Shown here in pieces: positions 18,594 through 27,202 of a DNA stretch of 64,000 bases. Each line of letters starts with the position of its first letter. The first letter of the stretch is position 1. Under the pieces are notes generated by a model. It searched no databases and had not been told where the DNA came from. It saw only the letters and a program-made list of their open reading frames with translations. The position numbers and the translations under genes were made by a program. The stretch comes from an uncultured Candidatus Poseidoniales archaeon (GTDB lineage Archaea > Thermoplasmatota > Poseidoniia > Poseidoniales > Poseidoniaceae). Location: contig CAXEMN010000006.1 in the NCBI GenBank assembly GCA_963997415.1, forward strand, positions 1,927 through 65,926. Reading direction: 5' to 3'.

Positions 18594-19400
18594 TCAAACC
18601 TTCCAACCACGATCTCGTAAGCCCTCGACGAACGTCTCCTTATTGGTCGGTTGATCTTGTATTTGCAAGTACAACGCGACTTCATCGCCTCCACCAAGGA
18701 TGACATTGGGGACGTCGAGGTATTCTAATTTCCATCCGAGCACATGGTCGGCAAAGTAGGACAACCACAAGTCCTCGATGTGGAGTGCATCTTTTGGATG
18801 ATCGAACAAAGCCTCATGAGAAAAAATACTGATGTCCATGATGCTGACTCCTGTCCCACAGTAGTCCACGCGTTCGTTCAATGATTGGACACGAGTTCGA
18901 TCTTCTGGATTTTTGTAGGGTTTGCCATTTAATCGCCATGCCCACCAGGATTTGTAGGACTTAGGCTCGTATTGAGACATGGCCACCTCGACATAGCGTG
19001 CTGAAAAACGGACATCATCATCGATGAACATCATGACATCATAGCCTTCAGCATGGAGCTTCTTTGAGAGATCAAAGCGTCTGAAGCCTTTGCGATCATT
19101 CGAGGTATGGATGACTTCAATCTCCATTTTTTCCTGATATTTAGCGACCTTGTTGTCAACGATTTCGGTAATTTCTTCATTCGCGTTCGAAATGAACAGC
19201 GTGAAATCACCATAGGTCTGAATCGCTAAGGTTTCGAGCGCTTTATCGAGGAGTTCAGGACGTTTCCACGTTAACAACAATACTGCTAATTTGAGCGAAC
19301 GATCGAATTCCAGTTTTGGTTCATTCGCTGCTGTTTTGTTCGCACGCTCTAACTTTCTTGTTGAAAAGAATACACGAATCCTTGCTGGGAGATGTTGCAA
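18594..19400 (-). CDS. glycosyltransferase (GT2-like fold)
   Basis: 'AVLLLTWKRPELLDKALETLAIQTY' and 'MFIDDD' (DxD-like) fit a GT-A fold enzyme. Confidence 0.55.
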   Translation of the reverse strand: MQHLPARIRVFFSTRKLERANKTAANEPKLEFDRSLKLAVLLLTWKRPELLDKALETLAIQTYGDFTLFISNANEEITEIVDNKVAKYQEKMEIEVIHTSNDRKGFRRFDLSKKLHAEGYDVMMFIDDDVRFSARYVEVAMSQYEPKSYKSWWAWRLNGKPYKNPEDRTRVQSLNERVDYCGTGVSIMDISIFSHEALFDHPKDALHIEDLWLSYFADHVLGWKLEYLDVPNVILGGGDEVALYLQIQDQPTNKETFVEGLRDRGWKV

Positions 19401-19538
19401 GAATTTGATTGGGTGGATGCGCGCGATATCATCCCCTCCTGCACGTGATTGTCGAGAAGACGGTCATTTCAATGCTTCTCTTGAAGCACGAACCAACCGG
19501 CCAAGTCGAGACTGAGGACGAGTCAGGTTTCGAGTTGT

Positions 19539-20837
19539 TCATGTTCCGACTGTGTAGTCGTCAAGGTAGGCGAGTTGAGCGTCTGTAAGCACATCAATAC
19601 TGAAACCAAGGGTTTCGAGTTTGGTCGTTGCGAGGTCCTGATCTTGTTCGGTTGTGATATCATACACTTCATTGTTCATGGAAGCGCCCTCTTTTGCCAA
19701 TCGACAAAGGGAGAGGAACTGGTTGGCAAAGGACATGTCCATCACTTCGGAAGGGTGACCTTCTGCAGCTGCCAGGTTGACCAAACGCCCACGGGCCAAG
19801 AGGAACACTCGGCGGCCATCCGGCATGAGGAATTCTTCATTGTCAGGACGGATGGTCCGAACTGAGGTGGATAATTCTTCGAGGTCTGTGATTTTAATTT
19901 CGCAATCATAATGTCCGGTGTTGGCGATGATTGCACCATCCTTCATTGATTCAAAATGCCGTCCAACGATGACGTCTTCCATACCCGTTGCGGTACAGAA
20001 AATATCGCCAATTTTTGCGGCTTCGTCCATTGTCATCACTCGGTAACCTTCCATCACTGCTCGGAGTGCCGGCAGGGGGTCAACTTCGGTGATGATGACG
20101 TTCGCGCCCATGCCTCGGGCTCGCATGGCAACACCGCTGCCACAGTGCCCAAAGCCTGCGACAACGAATGTCTTTCCTGCGAGGAGAACTGATGTTGCGC
20201 GGAGGATACCGTCGAGGGTTGATTGGCCTGTTCCATAGACGTTGTCGAAGTCCCACTTGGTCACTGCATCGTTGACTGCGATCACTGGATAGCGAAGGTC
20301 ACCAGCAGCACCCATAGCACGCAGGCGGTGGACGCCAGTTGTGGTTTCTTCAGTTCCACCGATAACGCCTTCAGCGTATTCTGATTTTTCACCATGAACA
20401 CGAACGATCAAATCTGCACCATCATCGAGGGTCAGTGTTGGCTTGAATTCGAGGGTACGGTCGATGCACCAGTAGAAGTCATCGTTGGACTGACCGTGCC
20501 ATGCATGCACTGAAAATCCTTCTTTGGCAAGGTAGGCAGCAACGCTGTCTTGTGTAGAAAGTGGGTTGCAGCCCGACCAGGAGATTTCGGCGCCTGCGGC
20601 TCGAATCGCTTCGATGAGAACAGCGGTTTCCTTGGTGACGTGAAGGCAACCTGCCACACGCATGCCTGCGAGTGGTTTTGTGCGTTCTGCTTCTTCTTTG
20701 AGTTTAGCGAGCACGGGCATTCGTGCACGAGCCCAGTCAACTCGAAGAGCACCTTCATCGGCTAAATTGATGTCTCGAACGGTGTAAGTTTCTGTTGCGT
20801 CTAAGCCTTCCATGGCACGGCGACAAGCCCGCCTCAT
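19539..20837 (-). CDS. ahcY: adenosylhomocysteinase
   Basis: 'RMPVL...GCLHVTKETAVLIE', NAD site 'VAGFGHCGSGVAMRARGMGANVIITEVDP' and 'GHYDCEI'. The start may be the downstream Met at 20813. Confidence 0.95.
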   Translation of the reverse strand: MRRACRRAMEGLDATETYTVRDINLADEGALRVDWARARMPVLAKLKEEAERTKPLAGMRVAGCLHVTKETAVLIEAIRAAGAEISWSGCNPLSTQDSVAAYLAKEGFSVHAWHGQSNDDFYWCIDRTLEFKPTLTLDDGADLIVRVHGEKSEYAEGVIGGTEETTTGVHRLRAMGAAGDLRYPVIAVNDAVTKWDFDNVYGTGQSTLDGILRATSVLLAGKTFVVAGFGHCGSGVAMRARGMGANVIITEVDPLPALRAVMEGYRVMTMDEAAKIGDIFCTATGMEDVIVGRHFESMKDGAIIANTGHYDCEIKITDLEELSTSVRTIRPDNEEFLMPDGRRVFLLARGRLVNLAAAEGHPSEVMDMSFANQFLSLCRLAKEGASMNNEVYDITTEQDQDLATTKLETLGFSIDVLTDAQLAYLDDYTVGT

Positions 20838-20914
20838 TTGAAGTCTATCGTACGAACTGCATGAGCGATCGTACCAACCTCATCGGCTGATGGCGTCAAG
20901 ATGAATGAATGGAA

Positions 20915-21244
20915 TCAAAGACGGTTGTTCGAAGAAGCGCCGGTTGTGACGTTTCCTTCATTGTCGATGATAATTGGAGTTCCTTCTTCCCAACCAGGGC
21001 AGTTGGTGGAAACCCAGTTTCGAGTGGCCCATTCGCAGATATCATAGCCGCCTGATAGGATCCCGGAGCGCTTGATGTAGCCGACCTTCACGATGTCCTT
21101 GTCCTTGGACAACACGTTACCGAGCTGTTGGCTTGTCGTTCCATGTCGCATGGTGCTGTTGATGTGTTCAAGGATCTCGGCCGTATTACGGGGTCGGTCG
21201 CCTAAGAATTTCTTGATTTTCTCTCTGATTCGTGTGGTTTTCAT
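20915..21244 (-). CDS. small hypothetical protein, winged-helix-like N-terminus
   Basis: 109 aa. 'RPRNTAEILEHINSTMRHGTTSQQLGNVLSKDKDIVKVG' looks like an HTH plus wing. Divergent from the 837-aa gene. Confidence 0.5.
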   Translation of the reverse strand: MKTTRIREKIKKFLGDRPRNTAEILEHINSTMRHGTTSQQLGNVLSKDKDIVKVGYIKRSGILSGGYDICEWATRNWVSTNCPGWEEGTPIIIDNEGNVTTGASSNNRL

Positions 21245-21514
21245 GCGTTTTTCCTCCTGTCATGAGGCACTTTCCCGCTAAGGGTGAGTGCCACTGCTAC
21301 AGATGAACGAGGCCGCTCATATAACCATTGCTCCGAATCAGGACAGTTGGTTACCATTGCTGACCATTTTGTGGTGTATTTTCAACATCGCCGAATGTCA
21401 ATGTAAGTAAAAAGTCACATCTCCACTGGAAATGTATAACTTTATGTAACTAAGTAGTAAGTTCAAGTGAAAGATTTATCTAAGTGGCCGTGGACCACCG
21501 AGAGAAGGTGACTC
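21245..21514. promoter_or_regulatory. AT-rich divergent control region with an ORB-like element
   Basis: 270 nt without a plausible ORF, and visibly more AT-rich than the flanks. 'CTCCACTGGAAATG' at 21421-21434. A weaker inverted relative (reverse complement 'GGTCCACGGCCAC') at 21485-21497. About 50 nt of AT-rich DNA lies between them. Confidence 0.4.
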
Positions 21515-24028
21515 TTGGTGTCAAAAGGGCGCATTCGTAGCAACTATCAACGACGGGTGTTGAATTGGTTACTTGATGGTGGAGGCACAGTCTCCCACAT
21601 CGCCACGGCATTGTCGTTGCAAATGCCCCACGCTTCGCTTGCTTTACGCCAATTAAGGGAACGAGGCGATGTTGGACGGGACGATGAAGCAGGAATTCGA
21701 GGGGCAGACCACTTCATCACAGATCAAGGAAGGCTACGTCTCGAGCATGACGCACTTGCTCGATTGAGAGATGCCCCTCTGGAAGGTGCCACTCAAGCCG
21801 ATGGAATCATGCTTGGTCATGATGGGCAATATGTCTTGCTTGGTTATGTGAAACAACTGCAATCTGAGCTCATCAAACTCCCTCAACATGCCATCGACGC
21901 CTCATTCCCACCCGTTGACAACTCCAATGGAAACACAGGGGGGGCTTGGGCGGTTGTGCGCACAGAATCGAGCCGTTGGTACGACCTCGCCACGTTGGAA
22001 CCAACACCCCCCCCGCCAGTAATGGAGCAAGGGACCCTCAGTGATTGGTCGTTGCGTTCACCTTCAATTTGTGTGATCCATGCACAACTCCTCGATCCAA
22101 CCCACTCATGGAGCATGGCCCCTGGGTCTTGGTTCAACACCCTTGAGACCACCACCGAGATGGGGCTTGCCTATGGCAAACATACCATTGGTCACACGAT
22201 TGGCAACACTGTGCCAATACGCCCACCAATGTCGACCCATGGCCATCTTCCTTCGAAAGTTGGAAGGAAAATGGCGCTTGAAGCGCTTTCTGATGGCGCT
22301 CTTGTGTTTGAACATCTGCGCCAAAGCGGAAGCGAACGAACGCTGCCATTGGAGGCTTTGTGGTATTGGCTCCGTCGAAAGCATCCACGTTTAGCCACAA
22401 AGAAACTCGAGCTGCGATTCCAAGATCTCTGCAGGTACTTGGTGAATGAAACCTCCACTGCACCATCAATCGCTTTGCAGAGAGCACTCCTCGCAGACTT
22501 TGGAAAGGCGAATTGGACCCTTGGCGAGGTGTTGAGTCGAGTCAATTTTTCTGGAACAACAAGTGTGGGTGCCAGCGCTCTGCTCGAATGGTACCTTGCC
22601 GACACCGAGGTGGAATCCGTTGTCGAATGGGAGCATCAAGTTGATGGCAATCAGGACCTTTTGCAACACTTGTTGGCCTCTCAGCGCTGTAGGATCTTGC
22701 TGACCTCAAGTGGTGAAGCAAGGCGGCTTTCTCACTCATCAGCATCGATAAAATCTGCTGGAGAACTCGGCGTGGTCATCCTACGACTTGGAAGAGGGAA
22801 AGCATTCTCTGTTAAATTGGTGGAAACCATTCGTGAAACAAGGCCTACGTCCGTCCATGAACAAATCCCTACAACTGCACTTGAATTGATTGATGCTGCT
22901 AAAGATGATGCCATTCACTACGAGAAGTTCACCACCAAAGCTCACTCATTGGAGCAACGAAAGAACATATGGCATGCATTATCACTCTACCCGGAAGGTG
23001 ATGAGAAGTGGGCGAATCAAATCGAAAGCACGTTCCCACTTGCCTCATGGATTGCCACCCCGCAGACTGAACGGAGCAGTCGATGGATACGATTACGCAA
23101 CACACTCGAGCCTGGTTGGGCCGATCTTTTACCCATCGAAGCATGTGACACTTCGACGTTGATTCGAGCTATGCCCGTCGCCTCAACACAATGGGCAAAT
23201 AAGGCACTTGACAAGGTAAGGCAGCGGTTTACCCACAACATACAGTCGATTTTGCAATACGAGTCTTACCTCGGCGATGAACAACTGAAGCCTTGGATGA
23301 GTGCGGCGGTCCTCCTTACCGCACAGCACCTGCCTGATGAATTCCAGCGAATGGTTGAAGCTGCATGCAAGCAATGGTTGATGCAACCTCACGCTGTTCA
23401 GGAGGTGTTGGAAGCACTGTTCCCAATAGGCATGCCCCTGAATGAAAGGAACCAAGCCTGCATGCAATTATGCCTCGATGCTTCCACTCAACAACCTCGA
23501 GGCACCCTCTTGCATGCATGGGGCGCTACCGTTCGGATGATTGAGCACAATCAACAGACCTCCCCAGAAGGGTTGCGGACGTTGATGCGGCTGTTGCCTA
23601 ACGCATGGTGGACCGTTTGGTCAGGTGATTGGTTATTGGTGCAACTTTCTTCAACTTCAGGAAGGCGCTGGTTAAGCGAACAAGAGATTCCATGGCCAGC
23701 TTTGCTTGCACGACCTCCCGGTGAGCGAGCTGGACTACCAGGCCTTGCCATTCAGCACCCTCAGAGAATGTTAGCGCTTGAGGATGTATTGCAAATTCAT
23801 TTGATCGAAGATGGGATCGGCAAACCCGCCTTGCTCGATGTTCACGACATGTTAGCAACAGTTGTCCGAGAAGAACCTGTACACTATGGACGGTTACACC
23901 CGTTAGTTGGCTGGCTTGCACGTCCGGTTGATGCATGGCCAAGCATTCGAATCGATGACCTGAAAACAGGTGATGAGGAAGTGGCAGCGCTGCTTTATGC
24001 ACGCTCTTTTGCTCATCGTCTCGAGTGA
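21515..24028 (+). CDS. large (837 aa) hypothetical protein with an N-terminal ArsR/MarR-like winged helix
   Basis: The N-terminus 'RRVLNWLLDGGGTVSHIATALSLQMPHASLALRQLRERGDVGRD' is wHTH-like. The remaining ~750 aa are Trp/Leu-rich, helical-looking, and without any catalytic motif I recognise. Non-ATG start (TTG 21515 or GTG 21518). Confidence 0.7.
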   Translation: MVSKGRIRSNYQRRVLNWLLDGGGTVSHIATALSLQMPHASLALRQLRERGDVGRDDEAGIRGADHFITDQGRLRLEHDALARLRDAPLEGATQADGIMLGHDGQYVLLGYVKQLQSELIKLPQHAIDASFPPVDNSNGNTGGAWAVVRTESSRWYDLATLEPTPPPPVMEQGTLSDWSLRSPSICVIHAQLLDPTHSWSMAPGSWFNTLETTTEMGLAYGKHTIGHTIGNTVPIRPPMSTHGHLPSKVGRKMALEALSDGALVFEHLRQSGSERTLPLEALWYWLRRKHPRLATKKLELRFQDLCRYLVNETSTAPSIALQRALLADFGKANWTLGEVLSRVNFSGTTSVGASALLEWYLADTEVESVVEWEHQVDGNQDLLQHLLASQRCRILLTSSGEARRLSHSSASIKSAGELGVVILRLGRGKAFSVKLVETIRETRPTSVHEQIPTTALELIDAAKDDAIHYEKFTTKAHSLEQRKNIWHALSLYPEGDEKWANQIESTFPLASWIATPQTERSSRWIRLRNTLEPGWADLLPIEACDTSTLIRAMPVASTQWANKALDKVRQRFTHNIQSILQYESYLGDEQLKPWMSAAVLLTAQHLPDEFQRMVEAACKQWLMQPHAVQEVLEALFPIGMPLNERNQACMQLCLDASTQQPRGTLLHAWGATVRMIEHNQQTSPEGLRTLMRLLPNAWWTVWSGDWLLVQLSSTSGRRWLSEQEIPWPALLARPPGERAGLPGLAIQHPQRMLALEDVLQIHLIEDGIGKPALLDVHDMLATVVREEPVHYGRLHPLVGWLARPVDAWPSIRIDDLKTGDEEVAALLYARSFAHRLE

Positions 24029-24350
24029 AAGTGGTTCACGATGTATTGAAAAAGGGTTGACCAGTGGTTGACGTTGCCGTACCAGCAACATCAGGCAGAG
24101 CTACTGTGAAATTGCTGTGAAGTCTGATACCAAGTGTACGGTGCGCAATCGAAGACTGGGATGACCCTTCGGGGGATGATTCCCGGTGCAAACGCGCTTA
24201 AACCAACCGGTAGGTTATGGGTCCTCGTGCGACGTCAGAATGAACACGAGACAACCACCCTTCCGGACAGCACACCCTGGCGCTGGGTCAGGCCCTCGAG
24301 CTTTGCGATGAAATGGGCCGTTACGCGCCGGGGTACAGCCTTTCTTTTCC
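24026..24350 (+). ncRNA. rnpB: probable RNase P RNA; boundaries approximate
   Basis: The 393-nt gap has no credible ORF. Five collinear matches to RNase P RNA conserved regions as I remember them from E. coli M1 RNA. (1) 'UUGAAAAAGGGUUGACC', an A-rich J3/4 plus P4 5' strand (CR-I). (2) 'GACCAGUG'. (3) 'AUCAGGC...GUGAAAUUGCUGUGAAG' against 'AUCAGGUAAGGGUGAAAGGGUGCGGUAAG'. (4) 'CCCGGUGCAAAC' against 'CCCGGAGCAAGG'. (5) 'CAGAAUGAAC..ACGAGACAACCACCCUU' against 'UAGAUGAAUGAC..ACGACAGAACCCGGCUU' (CR-IV/V). 'AAGGGU' can pair with 'ACCCUU' as P4. A T-rich tract 'CCTTTCTTTTCC' near 24339-24350 is a plausible terminator. Confidence 0.6.
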
Positions 24351-24421
24351 TCCCTTGAAACCCAATATTCTGCACCCCGCAAAGCGATGCAATCAAAGAG
24401 CCGCTTCACCCACCTCAATAC

Positions 24422-25444
24422 ATGACCAATGAGCAACGCTTCCGATGTTGCCTCGTTGGCGGCACCTTCGATCGACTTCATGCCGGTCATCGGCTGTTGC
24501 TTGAAGCAGCCAAGAAGCATTCTGAATGCATTGAAGTTCACATCACAACCGATGCGATGGCTGAAGAGAAGTCATTGCATGTCCTTGATTTCGAACAAAG
24601 AAGGCATGATATCTTAGAATGGGCAGCGAACACAACGGATTCTTCGATCACCGTTCATGCTCTCGAAGATGCTTTTGGACCTGCACCCACTCACACAACG
24701 GCCGATGCAATCGTAGCGACCCCTGAAACGATCAGCATGTGCCACGCCATTAACGAGCAACGGCAATCCAATGGATTGCAGCCATTGTCCATCATCGAAG
24801 TCGCCCACTTGCGAGGCATTGAAGGTGGAATTATCAGTTCCTCTGCCATACGAAATGGAGGGATGGACCAAGAAGGCCACCCGTGGATGAGGGAACATCT
24901 CAGAGATTCAATGTTGAAAATGGCGCCTGCGCTGGATTCTGAATTGAAAACCCCAATGGGGACACTCTTTCATGGCCCTGAAGACGACCCTGAAATTGCT
25001 ATGGCTGCCGCCCTTGACGGCATGCCACTTCATGTCAATTTGCTTGTGACTGTGGGCGATGTAACCACAAGAACACTGTTGGAGATGGGCGTCACACCCG
25101 ACCTTGCCCTTATCGATGGCATGACGAAACGAGCCCAGTTGGACGCCAAAGACCTCGTGAATCCAGAGACCTTCCACCATCACCTCAAAGCGACCAATCC
25201 TGCGGGCTTCCTCACCCCATCGCTCTGCACTGCCATTCAAAGCGCACTCGGCGCTGATGAGTCGGTGCTGTTGGAGGTCGATGGCGAAGAAGACTTGGCA
25301 CCTCTGATGATCCATTGTTTTGCTCCAATTGGAACGGTGGTCCTGTACGGTCAGCCAAAGACAGGTGTTGTGATGCAAATCACCTCTCTTTCTGTGAAAG
25401 AGCGTTGTCGGAATTTACTCAATCTTTTCGAGGTCGTGCCATGA
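24422..25444 (+). CDS. fusion of phosphopantetheine adenylyltransferase (archaeal PPAT) and a DUF359/GTP-dependent dephospho-CoA kinase-like domain
   Basis: N-terminal cytidylyltransferase motif 'LVGGTFDRLHAGHRLLL'. The C-terminal half has 'VTVGDVTTRTLLEMGVTPDLALIDGMTKR', the G-D-V...D-G-x-T-K-R pattern of DUF359 proteins. Confidence 0.7.
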   Translation: MTNEQRFRCCLVGGTFDRLHAGHRLLLEAAKKHSECIEVHITTDAMAEEKSLHVLDFEQRRHDILEWAANTTDSSITVHALEDAFGPAPTHTTADAIVATPETISMCHAINEQRQSNGLQPLSIIEVAHLRGIEGGIISSSAIRNGGMDQEGHPWMREHLRDSMLKMAPALDSELKTPMGTLFHGPEDDPEIAMAAALDGMPLHVNLLVTVGDVTTRTLLEMGVTPDLALIDGMTKRAQLDAKDLVNPETFHHHLKATNPAGFLTPSLCTAIQSALGADESVLLEVDGEEDLAPLMIHCFAPIGTVVLYGQPKTGVVMQITSLSVKERCRNLLNLFEVVP

Positions 25445-26574
25445 GTGAACATCCCCTCGTGACCCTCACAGTGTGTGTCCGGGACGGAGTGGATTGGGTT
25501 GATGGATGCCTTGAAGCGCTTGTCGCTCAAACATACAGACCCCTCGAAATTATTGCAGTTGATGATGGCTCAATCGATGGTTCGACCGAGCGGTTAATGA
25601 AATGGCATAATGAAACGGGGAACCCAAGCGTCAAGGTCCTTACACAATCTGCAAAGGGACTTTCAGCTGGTCGGCAATGGGCGGTTGAAGAATCAAGAGG
25701 TGAATGGGTTGCAATCACAGACATCGATGTTCGACCAGAACCCGATTGGATTGAAATGATGATGGCTGAAATTCAGCCAATTGCAGATGGGGAATCGATC
25801 GTTGCTGTGACTGGTCGAACTGTATTCGCACATGACGGCGACGTTGCAAGTCGGGTCAGATCGATGGAAATTGCGAGAAAATACAGAGCCAGGCCAAGAC
25901 GAACAAGCCTCGCCAATGGTCCATGTTCGATGTTTCATCGGGCGTCACTTTTGGCCATTGGAGGATTCAACCCTGAATGGTATCATGCCGAAGACATGGA
26001 AGTCAGTCTCAGGTTGATCAGCAACGGGGGCACGATTATTTACGCACCTGGAGCGGTTGTCAACCACGTACCTGAAGTTGAGCGGAAGCGGTTTCTTGCA
26101 AAACGGAAGCGCGATGCCAGAGCGCACGTTCGTATCCTACGCCATTTTCCCCGACGGAAACGAATCGGCCCCGGATTGGACTTTATCGGCAGTTCGACCT
26201 TTGTTCTCATGATTCTCCCCTTGTGGATTTCTGCACTCGTTTCAGGACTGCCTTTTGCATTCAAGGCATTGACGATGACTGAATGGTCATGGGACACAGC
26301 ACAACAATGGTGGCAAACAAAAATGCTCCTTGGTACTGTGGTGTTGATGGCCGTTCATGAATTTCTGCTCTGGCGCGGGCCTTTGGGTGAAGTCAATCGA
26401 GGAGCTTTGCGCGAAGGCAAGGTCGATTTGAAAGGCATATGGAAGATTAGGAAATTGACCTTTCGATGGAGCATTGCTCTATGGCAAGGCTTGATCTTAG
26501 GTATGCTTGATGCGTTGCGAGGCAAAAATGGACATCGCCCATTGTTTAGAGCATCAAGGGATGACTTCAACTGA
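25441..26574 (+). CDS. family 2 glycosyltransferase with a C-terminal membrane domain
   Basis: 'LTVCVRDGVDWVDGCLEALVAQTYRPLEIIAVDDGSIDGS' and 'ITDIDV' (DxD), with TM helices at the C-terminus. ATG at 25441 overlaps the upstream stop (ATGA). Confidence 0.8.
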   Translation: MSEHPLVTLTVCVRDGVDWVDGCLEALVAQTYRPLEIIAVDDGSIDGSTERLMKWHNETGNPSVKVLTQSAKGLSAGRQWAVEESRGEWVAITDIDVRPEPDWIEMMMAEIQPIADGESIVAVTGRTVFAHDGDVASRVRSMEIARKYRARPRRTSLANGPCSMFHRASLLAIGGFNPEWYHAEDMEVSLRLISNGGTIIYAPGAVVNHVPEVERKRFLAKRKRDARAHVRILRHFPRRKRIGPGLDFIGSSTFVLMILPLWISALVSGLPFAFKALTMTEWSWDTAQQWWQTKMLLGTVVLMAVHEFLLWRGPLGEVNRGALREGKVDLKGIWKIRKLTFRWSIALWQGLILGMLDALRGKNGHRPLFRASRDDFN

Positions 26575-27169
26575 GGGTTTCATCGCCTTCTGGGGCATTC
26601 GCTGAGGCCTTGAGTGCGAAACCAAAGGCGATCAGTGCAATGCTTACTGAATAGACACCTGGATCGGTCCAACCGGTGTGGGTGATGCCGTAATATGCAT
26701 AGAAACCAAATCCAAGAAGAAGACACCATGCTGCGGCTAGCATGGACCATCCTTTGTGGGAAGGGTCAGCAAGCGCTGGCCATGTGTCATTGACAAGCAG
26801 GCCTTTTGCCCATCCGCCAATCCCGCCTTCTTCGCCAGCCATGGTCTTGAAGCCGAGCCCAGCGAGTGCTGCACAGATGCCAATGAACACAAAGTCGGAT
26901 GCAACGATTTGCATGCCGCTTTCTTGTTTGAGTTCGTAGGCAGCATTCGACATTTCGAAGGTAAAAAGACCGCCCCATGACCAGTGGTAGGTTGGGTGAG
27001 CCTGGCCCATGATGTTGAGAATGGCAAGGAGAATGCCCCACAATCCAAGGGCGATGAACCATTGGGAAACACCCTTTGAAGGGTTCATTATTGCTGTGAT
27101 GAGGTTGCTTGAACCGTCGTTCTCATCTTTGCTCATAGACTGCGCCACCTGCCTTTTGGATATAAGCAC
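26567..27169 (-). CDS. hypothetical integral membrane protein
   Basis: 200-aa ORF with about 5 hydrophobic helices rich in Trp/Gly. No family recognised. The start may be the internal 'MSKDEN' Met. Confidence 0.5.
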   Translation of the reverse strand: MLISKRQVAQSMSKDENDGSSNLITAIMNPSKGVSQWFIALGLWGILLAILNIMGQAHPTYHWSWGGLFTFEMSNAAYELKQESGMQIVASDFVFIGICAALAGLGFKTMAGEEGGIGGWAKGLLVNDTWPALADPSHKGWSMLAAAWCLLLGFGFYAYYGITHTGWTDPGVYSVSIALIAFGFALKASANAPEGDETLS

Positions 27170-27202
27170 ACCGAATCAACACGACGATGGAACATCTGAA
27201 TT

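Noticed and set aside
24026-24350. Alternative reading of the structured RNA as SRP (7S) RNA
   Set aside because: 'GGGUCAGGCCC' resembles the 5' strand of SRP helix 8. However, the hairpin closes on a 19-nt loop rather than a GGAA tetraloop, and the conserved 3' 'AGCA' is absent. The five collinear RNase P-like blocks fit better.
24134-24541. Short ORFs (74 aa plus strand, 108 aa minus strand) in the 24.0-24.4 kb gap
   Set aside because: The region has strong conserved-looking RNA secondary structure and RNase P-like sequence blocks. The peptides are Arg/Gly/Pro-rich with no SD or motif.
25315-25440. Upstream extension of the GT2 ORF
   Set aside because: It would overlap the PPAT/DPCK gene by 130 nt. 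The ATG at 25441 gives a canonical ATGA coupling, and the GT2 homology starts there.
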